From: an uncultured Lentisphaeria bacterium
Lineage (GTDB): Bacteria; Verrucomicrobiota; Lentisphaeria; JABSQK01; JAJFLO01
DNA length: 32,000 bases
Direction: 5' to 3'
NCBI GenBank assembly: GCA_951812855.1
Contig: OX638337.1
Coordinates: 1 to 32,000, forward strand
A model generated the notes under the pieces. The model searched no databases. It saw nothing but the letters and a program-made list of their open reading frames with translations, and was not told where the DNA came from. The position numbers and the translations under genes were made by a program. Below are positions 9,255 to 16,916 of this stretch, piece after piece (within the stretch, counting starts at the first letter, position 1; each line of letters opens with the position of its first letter).

Positions 9255-9827
9255 ATGCCAATGACAGGATTACTGCTTTCAGGTTGTGGAAAGACTATTC
9301 CAATAAAAAATCTGCCACCACAAAATGGTCAGGTGTGCTGCTTCGGTGATAATCTTTTATTTGGAACAGGTTCATCGAATGCTGAAGAGAACTTATCCAG
9401 CGTTCCTGAGCAGTATGATGAATAGAGATATAATGATTTGGGGAACACCGGGTGATACGACAGAACAGGCATTAGTGAAATGTGATCGTTTTTAAAAAAT
9501 AACAGATTTGGTTTCGTCATAGTGACGGTCGGGGGAAATGATATTCTGAAACGCGTTCGCCGGCCGGAAACTGAAAAGAATTTAAGAGCTGTATTCAGTT
9601 CCATACAGTCCTCAGGTGCAGTGGTTATTTTTACCGGCGTAACCGGGCCGCTAAATCCCGCCCGTGATAAATCGTACGAAAACATTTGCAAAGAAATGGG
9701 CGTGCATTACATCGCAGAAATTCTGGATGGTATAAAGGGCAGTGAAAATCTATGAGCCGATCCGGTTCATCCAAATCGTAAAGGGTATAAAATTATGGCT
9801 GCATTACGTGAAGAAAATTTGTTATAA
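9255..9827 (+). pseudogene. SGNH/GDSL hydrolase (TesA-like lipoprotein), multiply disrupted
   Basis: The family blocks appear in order but are broken. Block I reads FGDNLLFGTG (Asn where the nucleophile Ser is expected) in frame 0, ending at TAG 9423. Block II (WGTPGDTTEQAL) is in frame 1, ending at TAA 9493. Block III (VIVTVGGNDIL) is back in frame 0. An in-frame TGA at 9753-9755 falls just before block V (ADPVHPNRKGYKIMA), and the final stop is at 9825-9827. Confidence 0.75.
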
Positions 9828-9870
9828 TGATAGTTTGAATCGGCTTATTTTTAACTATTCTTTATTGTTT

Positions 9871-10605
9871 TCAATCCTTAATATTAATAGTAATTGGAAT
9901 ATCTCTGGTTTTCGAATAAACCCAATATCCTCGCAGTGGTTCGAGTGTCTTTGCTAAAACATACTGACCATTTTTCCAGTCCCAGGTCCAAACGGTTGAA
10001 ATGATATCCGCATCCTTATCCTTGAATATCGACTGGATATATGCATTTTTTGGAACTCGGGCGATTGAAATTAGATTCCACCCTTTACGCAGGGTAAGGG
10101 AATAGCTCCCGGTTCCGTTCGGTGCTTGTAATTGATCTTTCTCTATTTTAATGGTTGCTGAGTCGTTTTCCAGGAATATCCAATGTCCAAGCAAAGGGTC
10201 AAATTCGGATGCGGTTACCATAATGTTATTATCCCAGGTCCAAATAGGGGGTTTCACATTTATTCTTGCGAACTCAGGCCGGATATAGGTATTCTTTGGT
10301 AATCGGGCAAATGAAATTAGATTCCAGTCTTGATGTAATTCTAAGCTATAATCTTGTGGATCTGTATTCTTTTGAAATTCCTGAAGATTACTGTATCCAT
10401 CACCATCAAAATCTTTTTCTGCATCCTGACCAAGATCACCAAAATAATCTAGTTCCCAATCATCGGTCATACCATCATCATCATGATCTGTTTTTCCCGT
10501 ACTAACAGTGGCAGAAACAAATATTGAGGTTGACACTGACGATGCCGGCAAATCGGGTGTTCCCTGGATAAGTATGATTATAAATAGATAACGAATTGCA
10601 GTCAT
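9871..10605 (-). CDS. secreted protein with a Ca-binding (thrombospondin-type-3-like) Asp-rich motif and two ~80-aa internal repeats
   Basis: N-terminal hydrophobic leader, then DHDDDGMTDDWELDYFGDLGQDAEKDFDGDGYSNLQEFQKNTDP. Two repeat modules follow (WNLISFARLPKNTYI...PIWTWDNN...LLGHWIF and WNLISIARVPKNAYI...TVWTWDWK...LRGYWVY). The start overlaps the upstream stop in an ATGA overlap at 10602-10605. Confidence 0.6.
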   Translation of the reverse strand: MTAIRYLFIIILIQGTPDLPASSVSTSIFVSATVSTGKTDHDDDGMTDDWELDYFGDLGQDAEKDFDGDGYSNLQEFQKNTDPQDYSLELHQDWNLISFARLPKNTYIRPEFARINVKPPIWTWDNNIMVTASEFDPLLGHWIFLENDSATIKIEKDQLQAPNGTGSYSLTLRKGWNLISIARVPKNAYIQSIFKDKDADIISTVWTWDWKNGQYVLAKTLEPLRGYWVYSKTRDIPITINIKD

Positions 10606-11366
10606 TTGCTTGTTTCAGGGATAGTTAATTTTCTGCATTTACTTATGACGTCATCAATTTCCGGAATTGGAATGAAAACGCTAACGAGGTAATTGCCCGG
10701 TTTAAGTTTTCCAGGAATATGTCCAGACAATTTCCTGGTGCGACCAGGAAATACAGAAAATAACTTTTTATTTATCGTGAATTTCGCGACCAACCGGTAT
10801 GTGCTTTTTTCAAAAATTACACCTTCTCCAATCAATTTTAGATAAACATTTCCCTGATTTTCAACTGCAATCTCAATAAGTTGCGGATTAGCATTATTTA
10901 ACTGGATTTCTTTGATTTTTGCAGAATAACGTTCCGTCCCTTTGATATCGGCGGCCAGGTAGATAGAAACTCTGGTCTGAATCCTAGTCGTTGAACTTTG
11001 CTTAACATATTTTTCGGCGAAGCTGATTTTTGTCAGAAACTGGCCCGTTCCATTTTTTGGAAGTGTTACGGTATAATTCAAATCTTTGGTACTTAATGCT
11101 TCCAGATACAACTCATTTTTACTAAGTGAAATCCAGCCGGGATATGTATCCTGGTTAAGAGACATATCTGTTAAAAAAACAGTTAGCCATATTGGTTCAT
11201 TATGTTCGTTTCTAACAGAAATTTTCCCGTTAACAATCTCTCCTGCATTTTCCGAAATTTTTATCGCCAGAGGATCAATAACTATCGCTGATGCGTAACT
11301 GATAAGGGTACTTAGAACAGTGAATGAAACTACGGGAAACAGGAGTAAATGCAAAAGTTGATTCAT
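10602..11366 (-). CDS. secreted two-domain beta-sandwich protein, possibly a PapD-like pilus chaperone analogue
   Basis: 254 aa with a signal-like N-terminus. The pattern resembles periplasmic chaperone architecture: AIVIDPLAIKISENAGEIVNGKISVRNEHNEPIWLTVFL, then RVSIYLAADI, then a second domain IEIAVENQGNVYLKLIGEG...FPGRTRKLSG. This is by-eye resemblance only. Confidence 0.45.
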   Translation of the reverse strand: MNQLLHLLLFPVVSFTVLSTLISYASAIVIDPLAIKISENAGEIVNGKISVRNEHNEPIWLTVFLTDMSLNQDTYPGWISLSKNELYLEALSTKDLNYTVTLPKNGTGQFLTKISFAEKYVKQSSTTRIQTRVSIYLAADIKGTERYSAKIKEIQLNNANPQLIEIAVENQGNVYLKLIGEGVIFEKSTYRLVAKFTINKKLFSVFPGRTRKLSGHIPGKLKPGNYLVSVFIPIPEIDDVISKCRKLTIPETSK

Positions 11367-11443
11367 GAATATATCCCAGTCTTGATTGGTAATCCGGGAT
11401 GCTCATTTAAAGGCCGGCATTCCGCAATAGACAAATTATAAAT

Positions 11444-12079
11444 TCATTCTGATTTTGGCAGTGAATCAATTATTAGCTCCAGAGTAACGTTACCGGAATA
11501 ACTTGTGGGGTGCGCGTCAGTTAAGACTTCTATAGCGAATTTGAAATCAAGATTACCTATATCGGGTCGTTGACCAGATTTTGTAAATGTCGTTAGGAAT
11601 CCATCGCTGCCAGGACCTTTATCATCCTCGGCAGGATCAAATACACCGATAAACGAAGCACTGTCTCCCGACCAGTTAGCGTCCACCTCCGGATTATTCG
11701 ACCCCAGATCTTCATGATTCAATTTTAATGGTAGAAAATGATTTTCGGTGGGATCAACAATACCGGGAAAATGTTTGCTGTTTGTTGTAGAAACCTTAAT
11801 TTCCCACGTACTTCCTTTCGGTGCATTCCACGAACAGTTAATCGTAGGTGATGAAAATCGATTTTTTTTGGCAGCTACCGGGTCCAAAAGTCCGAAGTCA
11901 ACAGCTGATGTATTAACTGAAATAGAGGTTGGCTGTTGTTTAACCTCTGCTTCAACATTGACTGTTGTGCTTGCTTTTTCAGCCGCTACGGATGGGCTTT
12001 TTTCCTGAGCCGCCAGTGTGCCGCAGAGAAATGTTAATAAGATTAGAATTAGCAGTATGTTTTTTATTTTTATTTTCAT
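11444..12079 (-). CDS. secreted fimbrial-subunit-like protein (SCPU/Csu- or WxL-like pattern)
   Basis: 211 aa. Signal peptide MKIKIKNILLILILLTFLCGTLAAQ, then ...SAVDFGLLDP...INCSWNAPKGSTWEIKVST...FLPLKLNH... and a C-terminal ...TSYSGNVTLELII resembling the terminal strand of small fimbrial subunits. It is the first gene of the three-gene minus-strand operon. Confidence 0.45.
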   Translation of the reverse strand: MKIKIKNILLILILLTFLCGTLAAQEKSPSVAAEKASTTVNVEAEVKQQPTSISVNTSAVDFGLLDPVAAKKNRFSSPTINCSWNAPKGSTWEIKVSTTNSKHFPGIVDPTENHFLPLKLNHEDLGSNNPEVDANWSGDSASFIGVFDPAEDDKGPGSDGFLTTFTKSGQRPDIGNLDFKFAIEVLTDAHPTSYSGNVTLELIIDSLPKSE

Positions 12080-12413
12080 TTTAATTTTTTCTTTTTGTAA
12101 TTAGTGGATTTGTTTATGAGAGACAAAAGATGCTTACAATATTAGACGGAGTTTCGCCTGTTAAATTATGTATTTGGTCTTGTGGGGAAATGTATCACCT
12201 CCTTTTGGGAAACAACATAATAATACGTAATCAGTTTCAGTTAAGGTTGCGACAACCGAGTAACAGAGAAACCATAATGCGTAGATTACACAATGCAAGT
12301 CGAATTGTTATATTTTACGTATACCTGCATTATATTTAAGTATAATTATTGATTAGGTGATTGATGGAGTTAAATAAAAAATATAGAAATGCAATTCTGC
12401 ATTAGATAATGAC

Positions 12414-12698
12414 GTGAGCCGGGAAGATTTTGCACAGAGTTTTGGTGTAAGTGAGGCGATTGTCAGCAGATGGGTTAGTGGACGAATTTTATCAATAAGA
12501 CATAAAAACTGGTTAAAGCGTGAAGCCCTAATTAAAGATTATCTGGTTCCGCGAGAGTTTGACTCCGTCCATGATGAACATGAATCCTGCAGTATTCGTT
12601 CGGCGAATTCTAAAAATGATAATCCAGATGAATGGTTAAATTCACTCTCTAACGAAGAAGAACGACGGGTTCGATTATTTAGAAGTTTTCTGGATTAA
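12414..12698 (+). CDS. putative XRE-like helix-turn-helix protein, possibly 5'-disrupted
   Basis: VSREDFAQSFGVSEAIVSRWVSG fits a Cro/C1-type HTH. The ORF begins at GTG. A short out-of-frame ORF upstream (ATG 12364, MELNKKYRNAILH*) may be the displaced original N-terminus. Confidence 0.35.
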   Translation: MSREDFAQSFGVSEAIVSRWVSGRILSIRHKNWLKREALIKDYLVPREFDSVHDEHESCSIRSANSKNDNPDEWLNSLSNEEERRVRLFRSFLD

Positions 12699-12778
12699 AA
12701 TATTGGACGCTTCTGCATCTGAAACAACTTCAGGGACTATTTTAGAGGTGTGAACTTATTTTTTATATTTTTCCCGTA

Positions 12779-13144
12779 TCAATTTAATCTCTGTCTATAT
12801 TTGTTTTTGAGATCGGTTGCAGATAATCGTTCAAATTTCGGCTCCTTTCCTGACTTCTTGTGGATGATCATCATATCTACTACGTTTTTTTAATTTCCCC
12901 CGGCCGGGTAGTGGCATTCGGGTTGATCTAACGACACACTCTCAATTCCCGCTGCTCGCAGTAATATTAATGCGTTGAGGACTCTACGGGGAGGGACTGT
13001 TCGCAGCTTCATGCCTATGAGATGTGTCAACGTAACATCCAATCTGCTTACCTCAGCTATTATGTTCAATTTCCAAAAATATAAAGATGTACAAGCGGAG
13101 AGTCGTATGCCAAATCCAATTATTGTTAATAGTATAACATCCAT
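12779..13144 (-). pseudogene. floA: flotillin-like protein FloA (YqfA/UPF0365) remnant: N-terminal third only, with an in-frame stop
   Basis: LIGMKLRTVPPRRVLNALILLRAAGIESVSLDQPECHYPAGGN resembles, as I recall it, the conserved FloA N-terminal region (LVGMRLRRV...HYLAGGN). A TAA at 12890-12892 interrupts it. The same frame continues KNVVDMMIIHKKSGKEPKFERLSATDL (compare TFERCAAIDL) and ends at 12779, whereas FloA proteins are roughly 330 aa. Confidence 0.6.
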
Positions 13145-13187
13145 TATCAGGCTTTGTGATGATCGTGAAATTTAGTGAAATGAACGA

Positions 13188-13665
13188 TTAATAAAAATCC
13201 ATGACATTCTTGAAATTTGATTGTTTAGGGAAATCATGTCGGATCGCAGCCAGGGTAAGCACTACTTCTTTATTTTCCCTGTCGGGAACAACGGTATCAG
13301 CTTCCCAATCTCCAATACGGATTTTAAGATTAACACTATCGGGCCGATCATCACTGGATACACAGTTGGAGATAATGATTTGTCTGCCACTTCCATAAAG
13401 GCGGCGGCGTTTCTTTTGACATCTCAAATGACGATAAAGATTCTCACCTTTTCCTTTATCCTGACAGACTGATTTATAAATGGTTTCATGACGGATTGAC
13501 ATGATTTCTTTTCTTTATTAACCAGCCACTTATTTGTTCTGGACTCCAATCTGTCCGTATATATTTTTGATCAATTGAATTGTTGATTTAATTAATACCG
13601 TTTTCTTGATATAACACATAAATCATATATCGTTGAGTGAGGGTTAAATGTTTATACTCTTTCAT
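13188..13665 (-). mobile_element. IS30-family transposase remnant (internally deleted, frameshifted, 3'-truncated)
   Basis: N-terminal MKEYKHLTLTQRYMIYVLYQENGIN* (ATG at 13665), then ...RTDWSPEQISGWL in the same frame. A frameshift leads into SIRHETIYKSV...LYRHLRCQKKRRR...DDRPDSVNLKIRIGDWEADTVV...VVLTLA (ORF 13188-13502). These are IS30-type motifs, but only about 150 of roughly 330 residues remain and I see no terminal inverted repeats. Confidence 0.7.
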
Positions 13666-13802
13666 GATGATTCCTTGTTGTTGTGATTAAAATTGTGGGA
13701 GATCAAGTATAAACTTAACCCTCAATTTCAGTTAACAGGGAATTGTACCCGGATTTTGAATCTGCGATAGAAAATCAAATTAAAACAAAGAGTTTATTTT
13801 GC

Positions 13803-15047
13803 ATGAAAAAATTAACAATAATATTAATTTTTTGGACTCTGTATTCGTTCACAAGTTATTGCCGGGTAGATGAATTAAGGGTTGTGAAGTCAGCAAAAAC
13901 ATCAAATCCTACTATCTTTATAAAGGAATTGGATAACAATAAAATGATCGCTGATTTCCTAAAAAATGATTTGTATTATTCAGATTGGTTTGACGTAATT
14001 AATTCATCTAAATCGAATCCCGCTTCAAAGCCAGTTGAAACGGACTATACGATTTCAGGGTTCGTCGCAGATAATAACGGGAAAAAATCTGTAGCGATTT
14101 CCTTAATTGACAATAAATCAAATATTTTGACAGAATTTCAAAAAAAAGGGCTGGCGAACACAACCTATAAAATGTTAACACAAAGTGCTGTCAACGAGGT
14201 TATAAATCACGTATTCGATAATCCAGGATTTTGTCTGTCAAAACTGGCCTATGTAAAAAAAATCAACAACAATAAAGAAATCTGGATATCTGATTTCGAC
14301 GGTTCTGACCCCAGACAACTTACCTTTAATAAAGGCACCTCAATAGAACCTTCCTGGAGTCACGGAAATAAATACATGATTTACACACTGTATAAATCGT
14401 ACTCGACAAATATTGTCTTAATTGATTTGTTTAAAGGTTTACAGCGGAGATTAACTAATATTAGTGGATTTAAAAATGGTGCGAGCATATCGAATCATAA
14501 TACGACTGTTATAATGACATTAAGTAAAAATAAAAAGGTCGATCTATATTCAGTTGATATAACTAAAGGTACTGTTATGCAGCTGACAAATGATAATGCA
14601 GCTGAGGCATCACCATGCTGGTCCCCGGATGATCGGGAAATTTGTTATGTCTCTGATAAATATGGAGGAAAACCCAGACTGTTTATAGTGCCCTCAACAG
14701 GCGGAACCGCAAGAAAACTCATCAAACGACCCGTTGAATGTGTGTCGCCAGACTGGTCAGTTGTATCAAATAAAATCTGTTTTGTAATTCGTGATTCAAG
14801 ACAGTATAAAATTGCATATATTGATATGAGTGAAAACACCCAATCACCCGTCATTATTACCCATCAGCCCGGAGATTGGGAGGAACCCTCATGGACTGCA
14901 GACGGACGTCATATTGTCTGTTCACGAACGCTCGGGGGACAAAAAGCATTATTTCTGGTTGACAGTTTATACAAAAAAACAATACCGCTGAAAAACTATA
15001 GCGGAGAAGATAGTTTACCTGATTGTTCAAATAATTTTGTTAATTGA
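13803..15047 (+). CDS. tolB: TolB-like periplasmic beta-propeller protein
   Basis: Signal peptide MKKLTIILIFWTLYSFTSYC from ATG 13803. Repeated TolB/WD40-like blades are present (EPSWSHGNKYMIYT, SPCWSPDDREICYVSDKYGGKPRLFIV, SPDWSVVSNKICFV, EPSWTADGRHIVCS). Confidence 0.7.
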   Translation: MKKLTIILIFWTLYSFTSYCRVDELRVVKSAKTSNPTIFIKELDNNKMIADFLKNDLYYSDWFDVINSSKSNPASKPVETDYTISGFVADNNGKKSVAISLIDNKSNILTEFQKKGLANTTYKMLTQSAVNEVINHVFDNPGFCLSKLAYVKKINNNKEIWISDFDGSDPRQLTFNKGTSIEPSWSHGNKYMIYTLYKSYSTNIVLIDLFKGLQRRLTNISGFKNGASISNHNTTVIMTLSKNKKVDLYSVDITKGTVMQLTNDNAAEASPCWSPDDREICYVSDKYGGKPRLFIVPSTGGTARKLIKRPVECVSPDWSVVSNKICFVIRDSRQYKIAYIDMSENTQSPVIITHQPGDWEEPSWTADGRHIVCSRTLGGQKALFLVDSLYKKTIPLKNYSGEDSLPDCSNNFVN

Positions 15048-15252
15048 ATCTTTCTCCCTTGTTCCGGGATTTTTCGTATAAACACTTCTTGAAAAATGAT
15101 ATTTGAGTACTTACTGATTGTTGGTATAAGTATTAAACCTTGAATCCGGATTGATTTTTTTTATACCATTACACGTATCGGTATATCAATTAGGTTCAGC
15201 TGAACCAATCCAAAAACGTAATTAGACAATCTGCTTAGAATGGGAGGTTATA

Positions 15253-15816
15253 ATGGCTTCAATTGGTGATTTATTAGAATTGACTGAAGAAAAAATGATG
15301 GACGCATTAGGAGCACTGGAAGGTGATTTCTCACGATTACGAACTGGAAAAGCAACACCCGGCATGGTCGAAAACTTAATGGTGGATTATTATGGGACTC
15401 CAACTCGAATGAGAGATATTGCTGGTATTTCTACACCTGAATCCAGGCTGCTGGTTATCCAGCCCTGGGATCAAAATGCACTGGAGAGTATCGAAAAAGC
15501 ATTACATACATCGGATTTAGGTATAAGTCCCGTAAATGATGGCAAGCTCATTCGATTACCCATACCAGATTTAACTGAAGAAAGAAGAAAAAATCTTTCA
15601 AAACAGGCAAGGAAGCGTGCAGAAGATGCAAGAGTGGAAATCCGAAATCATCGGCGGGATGCAAATGAAGATGCAAAAAAAGCTGAAAAATCTTCGGAAA
15701 TCTCAGAAGATGCGTTAAAGGAAATATTAGCAGGTATCCAAAAATTAACAGACGATTATATTAATAAAATATCTGAGACCACTGACAAAAAAGAAAAAGA
15801 TATTATGCAGGTGTGA
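15253..15816 (+). CDS. frr: ribosome recycling factor
   Basis: 187 aa of typical Frr sequence: FSRLRTGKATPGMVENLMVDYYGTPTRMRDIAGISTPESRLLVIQPWD...ISPVNDGKLIRLPIPDLTEERRKNLSKQARKRAEDARVEIRNHRRDA. Confidence 0.95.
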   Translation: MASIGDLLELTEEKMMDALGALEGDFSRLRTGKATPGMVENLMVDYYGTPTRMRDIAGISTPESRLLVIQPWDQNALESIEKALHTSDLGISPVNDGKLIRLPIPDLTEERRKNLSKQARKRAEDARVEIRNHRRDANEDAKKAEKSSEISEDALKEILAGIQKLTDDYINKISETTDKKEKDIMQV

Positions 15817-15941
15817 AAACTCATTTTTGAAACATCATCAGGCTGCCCCCAAAACTGTATTTAAGCTGAAATTTCATGAGCATCAGGTGCCCCTGCAGCT
15901 ATCCAAATCATTTCTACAAATTCCTCGACATCTGCAGGCAG

Positions 15942-16250
15942 TTAGGGAGTAAATTTGGAAATAACTGTTGATACCATAAAATTTACAATCATCCCGGGTG
16001 CACCGATACCCTCAGGTGAAATACCGAACCACCAATGATTCTCTGTATTCAACTCTGGATGGAGGAACTTAAAGTATATAATATATCCAGCACTGAGAGC
16101 AAGCCCTGTTATCATTCCTATCACAGCACCTTCTTTATTCATACGTTTACAAAAAATACCAAGTATAATTGCCGGGAAAAAAGATGCTGCAGCTAATCCA
16201 AAAGCAAACGCAACGACCTGAGCGACAAAGCCTGGGCGATAGAACTTGAA
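15942..16250 (-). pseudogene. sodium:solute symporter (ActP-like) C-terminal fragment
   Basis: The frame reads FKFYRPGFVAQVVAFAFGLAAASFFPAIILGIFCKRMNKEGAVIGMITGLALSAGYIIY...WWFGISPEGIGAPGMIVNFMVSTVISKFTP*. This corresponds to only the last ~100 residues of a ~550-aa SSS-family permease. Homology stops at about 16250, where the repeat-associated sequence begins. Confidence 0.7.
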
Positions 16251-16353
16251 ATCACAAGCAACAACCCTGCAGCGATAGAAAGAGCCGCTTTTCCCGATTG
16301 CCGTGCAAATGGAACCATCCCGGCCACCGCTGTTTGTACAGCAGGATCAGGAC

Positions 16354-16560
16354 GCAGCTGATGATGATCATTGCCTCCGTTAAAATCAATGTTAATATCA
16401 CGATGTTTAACACGTGGAAAATTTGGTAAACAGGGGGGGGGGGGGGGGGGGTAGATTTTGTCACCTGAAGTCTCTTTTTTATTGAATTTATAATTACTTT
16501 GCTGATAATAAGTCAGTTTGACTTCAGGTTTTTAAAAGCTGTATATCGTGAAATTTCCGG
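16354..16560. repeat. copy 1 of a ~200-bp duplicated module (partner at 24147-24346, same orientation)
   Basis: 16354-16433 matches 24147-24226 with 3 mismatches in 80 nt. 16455-16560 matches 24240-24346 at roughly 90%. A short non-homologous segment lies between them (G-run plus TAG here, cgggtacatttac in copy 2). Internal inverted repeat ACCTGAAGTC (16463-16472) / GACTTCAGGT (16520-16529). Promoter-like TTGAAT (16482-16487) - 16 nt - GATAAT (16504-16509) on the + strand. Confidence 0.9.
16433..16451. repeat. homopolymeric G19 tract (C19 on the minus strand)
   Basis: 19 consecutive G counted directly at 16433-16451. The tract lies at the variable joint of repeat copy 1, where copy 2 has only ggg. 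Confidence 0.95.
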
Positions 16561-16681
16561 GTTAGGTATCATCCTTGCGTTCAGTACGACTGATTTCATC
16601 AATGATGGTTTTACATTTATCAGAAAACTGGGTACCATTTTCATTGAAGTATGAGGATGGAAGTATGAATTACAGGAATAT

Positions 16682-16915
16682 TTATAATTTAGGAGGAGGT
16701 AGAGTGGCTGCTTCGCACGAAGATAGAAAATTTGCATCTTTATGTGCTCCATCGCAAAATGGTTTATTACCTGATTTGCCACATCTGCATAAAGAAATAA
16801 TGCTTCGCCCGGAGAGGTTAAATTCGTTTCCCTGTGAATCTTTTATGGTGAATGCTGAACCTTCAATTTTTAAAGATCCGTTATCGCGTACAGTGATTAT
16901 TGTTTGAGTAGACAT
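16682..16915 (-). CDS. CDGSH-type iron-sulfur domain protein
   Basis: 77 aa with CRCGKSGNKPFCDGAHK (CDGSH signature). The ATG at 16915 is 1 nt after the pit stop codon (16917-19), indicating co-transcription. Confidence 0.8.
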   Translation of the reverse strand: MSTQTIITVRDNGSLKIEGSAFTIKDSQGNEFNLSGRSIISLCRCGKSGNKPFCDGAHKDANFLSSCEAATLPPPKL

Positions 16916-16916
16916 A

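Noticed and set aside
9753-9755. In-frame TGA within conserved SGNH sequence, considered as evidence for TGA recoding (genetic code 4/25) or selenocysteine.
   Set aside because: The same gene has TAG and TAA interruptions and frameshifts. Other genes here terminate at TGA with the expected length. No SECIS-like hairpin follows.
12130-12339. 69-aa ORF in the AT-rich region upstream of the secreted-protein operon.
   Set aside because: It has no ribosome-binding site or recognisable motif, and it lies in a probable promoter region. It is likely a chance ORF.
15143-15162. Palindrome AATCCGGATT followed by T8 downstream of tolB, considered as an intrinsic terminator. The 14-bp palindrome GGTTCAGCTGAACC further downstream, ahead of frr, was also considered.
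   Set aside because: The stem is only 4-5 bp with essentially no loop, too weak to call. No second copy of the 14-bp palindrome was seen that would suggest a regulatory role.
16513-16907. ORFs of 89 aa (minus) and 110 aa (plus) between repeat copy 1 and pit.
   Set aside because: Both overlap the well-supported CDGSH gene or its 3' flank and have implausible composition. No motifs were found.
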